Source: Nitrospirota bacterium (GTDB taxonomy: Bacteria; Nitrospirota; UBA9217). From it: a stretch of 64,000 nt of DNA. The notes beneath the pieces were generated by a model. That model saw only the letters and a list, made by a program, of their open reading frames with translations, was not told the origin of the DNA and ran no database searches. The stretch spans positions 205,322-269,321 of the forward strand of contig CAVWIL010000007.1 of assembly GCA_963755045.1 (NCBI GenBank), written 5' to 3'. A program made the position numbers and the translations under genes. Positions 58,884 through 64,000 of the stretch are shown here, one piece after another. How positions within the stretch are numbered: the first letter of the stretch is position 1; each line of letters begins with the position of its first letter.

Positions 58884-61370
58884 GTGATTTTGGAGAAAGG
58901 CTTTTTCAGGGTGAAAATACGTGCCATTATAATCGTCTTTGCATTACTTGCGTTCCTGACGGCATCAATAGGCGGATACCTCTATTATTCTTCCATTAAG
59001 GAAGGTGCTGTCCTGGAGGAGTATAGAAATGCTGATACGGAAATAGCTGAGATCGCAAGCGGGATCAGCCTTTACCTGTCCGACTACCAAAGGATCGCCG
59101 ATTCGATGGCCGGCATAAAGGACTTGCGAAAGGCGCTTGAGGCTGTCCGTCCAGACACGCTCCGGGAGGCAAACGCGGTCCTCGATCATTTTCAGCGCGC
59201 CCTCGCAGTTGATGTTTGTTACCTGATTGACCGATCCGGAACGACCATTGCCTCCTCCAATCGGGATACGCCCGAGAGCTTTGTTGGAAAAAATTACGCC
59301 TTCCGCCCCTATTTTAAACAGGCAATGAAAGGCACTCCATCGGTGTATATGGCATTGGGTGTTACCTCGGGTAAGCGGGGAGTATACTTCAGCCATCCGG
59401 TGTATGCGCAGGGGAAAAGGGTCCCTTCGGGTATCGTGGTGATCAAGGCGTCCGCTGATGCGATTGAAAAAGCGATAGGTGGAAGCCGTGATGGAGCAGT
59501 CGTGATGGTAGATCCTCATGGGGTGATATTCGCTTCAAGCCATGCAGGCTGGCTCTTTCACCTTCTCTGGAAAACGTCTCAACAGTCGCTGTCCGAGATC
59601 ATGGCGTCACAGCAGTTCGGGAAGGCGTCTCTGCCATGGACCGGTATGATAAGATCAGATGAGCGCCACGCCATTGATACTGCGGGTAACCGGTATTTTA
59701 TCCATCGCGCCCCGATCATGAATACTCCCGGCTGGGAGATCCTCTATTTACACGATCTTGAAATGGTTGCCAGGCATATAGCCGGCCTGAAATCCAGGAA
59801 TATCGGCTTTATCATCATGGTTGGAAGTGCCATTATCGGGATCATAAGCATCGTCCTGTACAGACAGGCAAGTAATGAGATCATTAAACGCAAGCTGATC
59901 GAGAAAGAGCTCCAGGGAACCAGCCAGGGGCTCCAGGCGCTGGTCAATGCATCGCCTTTGCCGATAATGATCATTGATGATAATGGAACGTGTATCTTGT
60001 GGAATCCGGCGTCGGAACAGGTTTTTGGCTGGACATCGAAGGAGGTGGTCGGCAAACCCCTCCCGATTGTTCCCGAGGACAAGCAGGAGGAGCACAGTGA
60101 GTTCCGCAGGAAGATTTTTGAGGGTCACGTATTCAAGTCCGTGGAGACGCAGCGACTAAGGAGAGACGGTGTCGTGATCGATGTCACCCTTTCGACAGCA
60201 CCGATCCATGATACCGAAGGCAAGATTACGGCTTCCATGGGCATCTATGAGGACATTACGGAACGGAAAAAAACGGAAGCGAATGAAAGATTGCTTGCAT
60301 CGATCATACAAAATTTCCCCGACGCTGTATGCTCCATTGATATGAATGGAAATATCATCGTGTGGAACAGTGGCGCGGAAAAGATGCTGGGATACAAGGC
60401 AGAAGAGATCATCGGTAAACCCATAACAACCGTGATACCGCAGGAGATCGCCAGGGAGGAGTTGGAGCACTGTCTTTCGCTCCTGAATCTGAATGGTTAT
60501 TTTTCCGGGTATGAATCAGTCCGGCTCACCAAGGACGGGAGAAAAGTACCGGTGGAGCTGACCGCCGTAGTGATCAGGGACAAAAAGGATCAGATTGTAA
60601 GCTATGCTTCCATCATGGTGGACCTTACCGACAGGAAGAAGGCGGAGGAGGAGCGCCTGAAAGGCCACATGCTCGAGTCGATCGGCCTCCTTGCAGGCGG
60701 AATTGCCCATGATTTTAATAACCTCCTGAATGTGATCGTCGGCAATATCGCAGTCACAAAAATGTCGGCGCAGCCCGGCGATAAGATATACGGCAGACTT
60801 GATGACGCGGAAAATGTCTGCGGGATCGCCAGTGAGCTCAGTAAGCGCCTGATCACCTTCGCCACGGGCGGAGACCCGTTGAAAAAAATAGCATCCCTGT
60901 CGGAGTTGCTTGTGAATACGGTCAGCACTATGCTGAAAGACTCAAATATAAAAGCGGAATTTGATTTCCCGGATGACCTGTATCGCGCTGCAATCGATGA
61001 GGGGCAGATGAAGCAGGCAATCTATAATCTTGTCATCAATGCAAAGGAGGCGATGCCGAACGGCGGAACGCTCACTGTTCGGGGAGAGAACATCAGCATT
61101 TCAGCGCAAGACAGTTATCCGATGCAGGAAGGGGACTACTTGAGGATATCGCTCCGGGATACCGGCGCCGGAATACCTGCTGAAAACCTGGCCAAGATAT
61201 TCGACCCCTACTATTCGACCAAGGACACCTATAACCAGAAGGGCCTGGGGCTCGGTCTTGCGGTCTGTTATTCCATCATCAAGAGGCATGGAGGATTGGT
61301 GACCGTCGAGTCTCAAGTCGGAGAAGGGACGACCTTTTATATTTACCTCCCGGGTGTAAAAAACACGTAA
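58884..61370 (+). CDS. Sensor histidine kinase: periplasmic Cache-like domain, PAS domains, HisKA and HATPase
   Basis: Two TM helices flank a ~270-aa Cache-like domain. Two to three PAS repeats (SGxxxG..ITERKK.E). H-box GGIAHDFNN. G boxes DTGAGI and GLGLGLAV. Confidence 0.9.
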   Translation: MILEKGFFRVKIRAIIIVFALLAFLTASIGGYLYYSSIKEGAVLEEYRNADTEIAEIASGISLYLSDYQRIADSMAGIKDLRKALEAVRPDTLREANAVLDHFQRALAVDVCYLIDRSGTTIASSNRDTPESFVGKNYAFRPYFKQAMKGTPSVYMALGVTSGKRGVYFSHPVYAQGKRVPSGIVVIKASADAIEKAIGGSRDGAVVMVDPHGVIFASSHAGWLFHLLWKTSQQSLSEIMASQQFGKASLPWTGMIRSDERHAIDTAGNRYFIHRAPIMNTPGWEILYLHDLEMVARHIAGLKSRNIGFIIMVGSAIIGIISIVLYRQASNEIIKRKLIEKELQGTSQGLQALVNASPLPIMIIDDNGTCILWNPASEQVFGWTSKEVVGKPLPIVPEDKQEEHSEFRRKIFEGHVFKSVETQRLRRDGVVIDVTLSTAPIHDTEGKITASMGIYEDITERKKTEANERLLASIIQNFPDAVCSIDMNGNIIVWNSGAEKMLGYKAEEIIGKPITTVIPQEIAREELEHCLSLLNLNGYFSGYESVRLTKDGRKVPVELTAVVIRDKKDQIVSYASIMVDLTDRKKAEEERLKGHMLESIGLLAGGIAHDFNNLLNVIVGNIAVTKMSAQPGDKIYGRLDDAENVCGIASELSKRLITFATGGDPLKKIASLSELLVNTVSTMLKDSNIKAEFDFPDDLYRAAIDEGQMKQAIYNLVINAKEAMPNGGTLTVRGENISISAQDSYPMQEGDYLRISLRDTGAGIPAENLAKIFDPYYSTKDTYNQKGLGLGLAVCYSIIKRHGGLVTVESQVGEGTTFYIYLPGVKNT

Positions 61371-61440
61371 TACGCTTGCGTTATATTCAAAATACTGGGT
61401 GACGTGCAGGGAGAAAAGTCCTGCCAGAAAAGGAGAGACC

Positions 61441-61692
61441 ATGGGCTACACAAATGTTGCTTTAAAAGACAAGATTATGGAGATGTATCCTGAGATCGGG
61501 AAATACGGCATCGCTGCAAGCCTTGATTTTGACAAGGACAAGGACGCCTATATCATTAAATTCAAGAAAGGCTCCAAGGAACTTACGACCCATCTTGAAA
61601 AAAAGGATGCCGATGCCTGCATGGACGGCATCAAATGCGTCTATCTCGGTGTGCAGGTGGGGCAGTTCATCAAGAACTTTGAGCTGATATAA
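61441..61692 (+). CDS. Hypothetical small protein (83 aa)
   Basis: AAAGGAGAG RBS then ATG 61441. Has a truncated paralog at 58358-58502. Family not recognised. Confidence 0.6.
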   Translation: MGYTNVALKDKIMEMYPEIGKYGIAASLDFDKDKDAYIIKFKKGSKELTTHLEKKDADACMDGIKCVYLGVQVGQFIKNFELI

Positions 61693-61705
61693 AGAAGGAG
61701 CTTTC

Positions 61706-61894
61706 ATGGCAAAGGTGCCTGTCGTGGATGAGGACACCTGTATCGGCTGCGGCAACTGCGCAGCGGTTTGTCCCCGGGTATTTGAAATAGTCAATGAAAA
61801 GTCCCGGGTGATCGGTCCCGACAAATGCGACACCTGTTCGTGCCAGGATGCGATCGATTCCTGTCCCGTGCAGGCCATCAGCTGGGGGGAATGA
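61706..61894 (+). CDS. Small [Fe-S] ferredoxin
   Basis: CIGCGNCAAVCP plus distal C..C....CP. 62 aa. Confidence 0.85.
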   Translation: MAKVPVVDEDTCIGCGNCAAVCPRVFEIVNEKSRVIGPDKCDTCSCQDAIDSCPVQAISWGE

Positions 61895-61964
61895 CAAAAC
61901 CACGCTGAGTGGAGTTACGGAATCATGACCGCTCTTCACAGTATGCTGACCATAAAGGACAGAT

Positions 61965-62491
61965 ATGCGATCATTCAGGGACATCAAGCACGATTACCGG
62001 TTCACGGGAGAAGACGAGCAACGACTCGTATAGATGCGGCAGCTGATGGAAGAGCACGGGGAGGAGGTCATGACCACGCTCCACCTGTGGATCATGGGCA
62101 CCAAGGACACTGCGCAATTCTTTACCGACGAGTCAAGGCAGAACCACGTTTTCAACGCACAGAGGGTCTGGTTCAGCGAGCTTTTTTCAGGAACGTACGA
62201 TAACCGGTTCTACGAGAAACTTATCCGCATCGGGTCAAACATAACGTCGACGCCCACTACATGAACCGGGCTGTGAACCTTGTGAAGAACGCATGCATCG
62301 GCATCATCCAGAAGAACGAGGAGAACACGGTAGAAGCGACCAACAAAATAATTACCGTGGGCAAGATCCTCGACATCAGCCTGGACGTGATCACGACAGC
62401 CTATATCGAGGAAGAGCTTCGGACCTATTCCCCGGCTTACAAGGTCAAGAGTTCTCTGATCTCCTTCTCGGAGAGCTTCTCTAATCCATGA
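61965..62491 (+). pseudogene. Protoglobin / globin-coupled-sensor-type globin domain, disrupted
   Basis: MRSFRDIKHDYRFTGEDEQRLV, then in-frame TAG 62031-62033, then MRQLMEEHGEEV...YDNRFYEKLIRIG. The expected ..HNVDAHYMNRAVNLV continues in another frame (shift near 62229-62246). Confidence 0.6.
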
Positions 62492-62850
62492 ACCTCATCC
62501 TTGTTCTTGCGCTTATTGGCCTGACGCTCGGCGTGGTCGGAGTGTTTGTCATTGACATAGGACATCTTATCACGGGCGATCTCGAGCGGGGCATCATCTC
62601 CGCCCTCGGGTCCATGCTTATCCTTTGGCTGTTGATCGAGCTTATGAACACCGAGATATCCCACCTCAAGGGCGGTAAATTCCATATCAGCGTGTTCATC
62701 GGCGTTGCCCTCGTCACGATGATCCGGGAGACGATGATCGCCACACTCAAACATGACCGTCCCGAGTCGATCTACTACCTGATTGCAGCTATTCTGGTCA
62801 TCGGTCTCGTGTACTGGCTCGTCGTAAGGACCGAGGACCAGACGAAGTAA
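62488..62850 (+). CDS. PsiE-family membrane protein
   Basis: Four TM helices, 120 aa, LIELMNTE / ALVTMIRE pattern. Confidence 0.5.
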   Translation: MNLILVLALIGLTLGVVGVFVIDIGHLITGDLERGIISALGSMLILWLLIELMNTEISHLKGGKFHISVFIGVALVTMIRETMIATLKHDRPESIYYLIAAILVIGLVYWLVVRTEDQTK

Positions 62851-62931
62851 TATATGACATGCGTCATACCGGCAGCCGCCGGTTTTTCTTACAATACGGT
62901 ATAAAGAATTTTTGTAGAATGCAGGAGGCAT

Positions 62932-63519
62932 ATGGATACCAGAAATGTCTGTTCATCTCCCTCGGAAGAAGACCTGAGGGCAGCGCTCAAAGAGATGAAG
63001 GCGTATATGGATGTTACCGAGGAGGATCTTAAGAAAATCTATGAGATTGCTCTCCGGCACGCACGGGAGCGGATCGTCTCGCGGATCCTCGTGAAGGACA
63101 TTATGATGACGACCGTGGTAAGCATTAAGAGAAACGCCGACCTGCACGAGGCCGCGCGGCTTTTGTCTGAGAACAGGATCAGCGGTATGCCTGTCGTCGA
63201 CGACAATAACCGGGTGATCGGCGTTATTAGCGAGGCGGATGTTCTGATGCTTGCCGGCATGAAGAGGGAACACACGTTCAAGGACATTCTGCGCAATATC
63301 CTCGGCGAACCCGTGCCTGCCCGTTCCGGCGGAAGCAAGGTCGAGGAAGTCATGAGTTTCCCGCCGATTACGAGTAAGGCAGATGACGAGGTTATGGAGG
63401 TGGCTAAAATCCTTGAAGAGCGGAGGATCAAGAGGCTGCCGGTCGTCGACAATGATGGGAAGCTTCTCGGCATTATTTCCCGCGCGGATATCGTTAGGGC
63501 GATAGGGAATAAGATTTAA
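62932..63519 (+). CDS. CBS-pair domain protein
   Basis: Two CBS motifs (ISGMPVVD..N.VIGVISEADV; IKRLPVVD..GKLLGIISRADI). Confidence 0.85.
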   Translation: MDTRNVCSSPSEEDLRAALKEMKAYMDVTEEDLKKIYEIALRHARERIVSRILVKDIMMTTVVSIKRNADLHEAARLLSENRISGMPVVDDNNRVIGVISEADVLMLAGMKREHTFKDILRNILGEPVPARSGGSKVEEVMSFPPITSKADDEVMEVAKILEERRIKRLPVVDNDGKLLGIISRADIVRAIGNKI

Positions 63520-63586
63520 GGGTCAGGAGTCAGGAGTCAGAGAACATTACCTGCAATGTGTTCCCCTGAATTGTGCTCATATCATT

Positions 63587-64000
63587 ATGACCATTTCGGA
63601 ATATATCTTGAAAATGAAGGGTGGGGCCAAGAGCCCTCCAGGCGTGGGAGGGCTGGAGCTCCTCTGGTCGTGGCTCGGCGCAATGATCGGCATCGGGATC
63701 TGCGGCTATCTGTCGGCGATGTACTTTGAACCGCGTGACCTGACCCTGTTGATCGGCTCCTTCGGCGCTTCGGCGGTACTGGCCTACGGCGCCGTCAAGA
63801 GCCCTCTGGCACAGCCGAGGAACCTGATCGGTGGACATATCATTTCCGGACTGGTAGGAGTGGCATGCTATCAGTTGTTCGGCCAGACGATCTGGATCGC
63901 TTCCGCCATGGCCGTTTCTTTTGCCATTGTTGCAATGCTTGCAACCAAAACGCTTCACCCTCCCGGAGGCGCAACTGCCTTGATTGCCGTCATCGGTGGG
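63587..64000 (+). CDS. HPP family membrane protein, 3' end outside window
   Basis: Open frame from ATG 63587 to the window end. Motifs SFGASAVLAY, AQPRNLIGGH, TKTLHPPGGATAL. Confidence 0.8.
   Translation, partial: MTISEYILKMKGGAKSPPGVGGLELLWSWLGAMIGIGICGYLSAMYFEPRDLTLLIGSFGASAVLAYGAVKSPLAQPRNLIGGHIISGLVGVACYQLFGQTIWIASAMAVSFAIVAMLATKTLHPPGGATALIAVIGG

Noticed and set aside
15078-62033. In-frame TAG codons in the SMODS gene (15078-15080) and the protoglobin gene (62031-62033) as evidence of stop-codon reassignment or pyrrolysine
   Set aside because: TAG is used as the ordinary stop of well-conserved genes here (lepA 3762-3764, rpoZ 8422-8424). Both affected genes also carry frameshifts, and no pyl genes are seen. 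Nonsense mutations or errors are the simpler explanation.

Overview
Bacterial chromosomal window. It is GC-rich overall, with two visibly AT-rich patches at about 13.0-17.3 kb and 18.9-20.9 kb. I cannot assign taxonomy by eye; the gene content and intergenic repeats suggest an uncultivated anaerobe. No rRNA, tRNA or CRISPR array was recognised.

Layout:
- 0-9.7 kb: conserved housekeeping block with ROK glucokinase, lepA-lepB and yicC-remA-gmk-rpoZ-coaBC.
- 9.7-21.5 kb: accessory stretch. It holds a 517-bp MITE-like element, nfi, sixA, two displaced copies of the coaBC 3' end and an sCache protein. It also holds a decayed type I R-M locus (hsdS and hsdM relics) that encloses a decayed S-4TM + SMODS nucleotidyltransferase pair, a DuOB-like gene and two DUF488 genes. 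A VOC lipoprotein, a PqiA-like protein and tag follow.
- 22.6-27.5 kb: sugar-type ABC importer, interrupted between its two permease genes by a ~99% identical inverted copy of the MITE.
- 27.7-37.5 kb: assorted membrane and redox genes.
- 38-45.3 kb: cNMP-binding protein, Ppx/GppA, sigma54 activator, thioredoxin-fold protein, AmmeMemoRadiSam radical SAM enzyme, archease, rtcB.
- 45.5-50.6 kb: cysK-like gene, then a secreted PEGA/patatin/nuclease operon flanked by two copies of a second repeat family.
- 50.6-55.9 kb: exporter made of HlyD, two ATPases and two ABC-2 permeases.
- 56-58.3 kb: rubredoxin-norC-norB, followed by relics of two genes.
- 58.9-64 kb: PAS histidine kinase, small protein, ferredoxin, broken protoglobin, PsiE, CBS, HPP.

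I did not find an intact, clearly novel multi-gene system. The most unusual signals are structural:
- Two related TIR-bearing non-coding element families carry a covarying hairpin module.
- Gene 3' ends are duplicated or displaced, marking cassette insertions (coaBC three copies, an ABC-2 permease relic).
- Frame-disrupted genes are unusually dense, including essential coaBC, so many pseudogene calls may instead be assembly errors.
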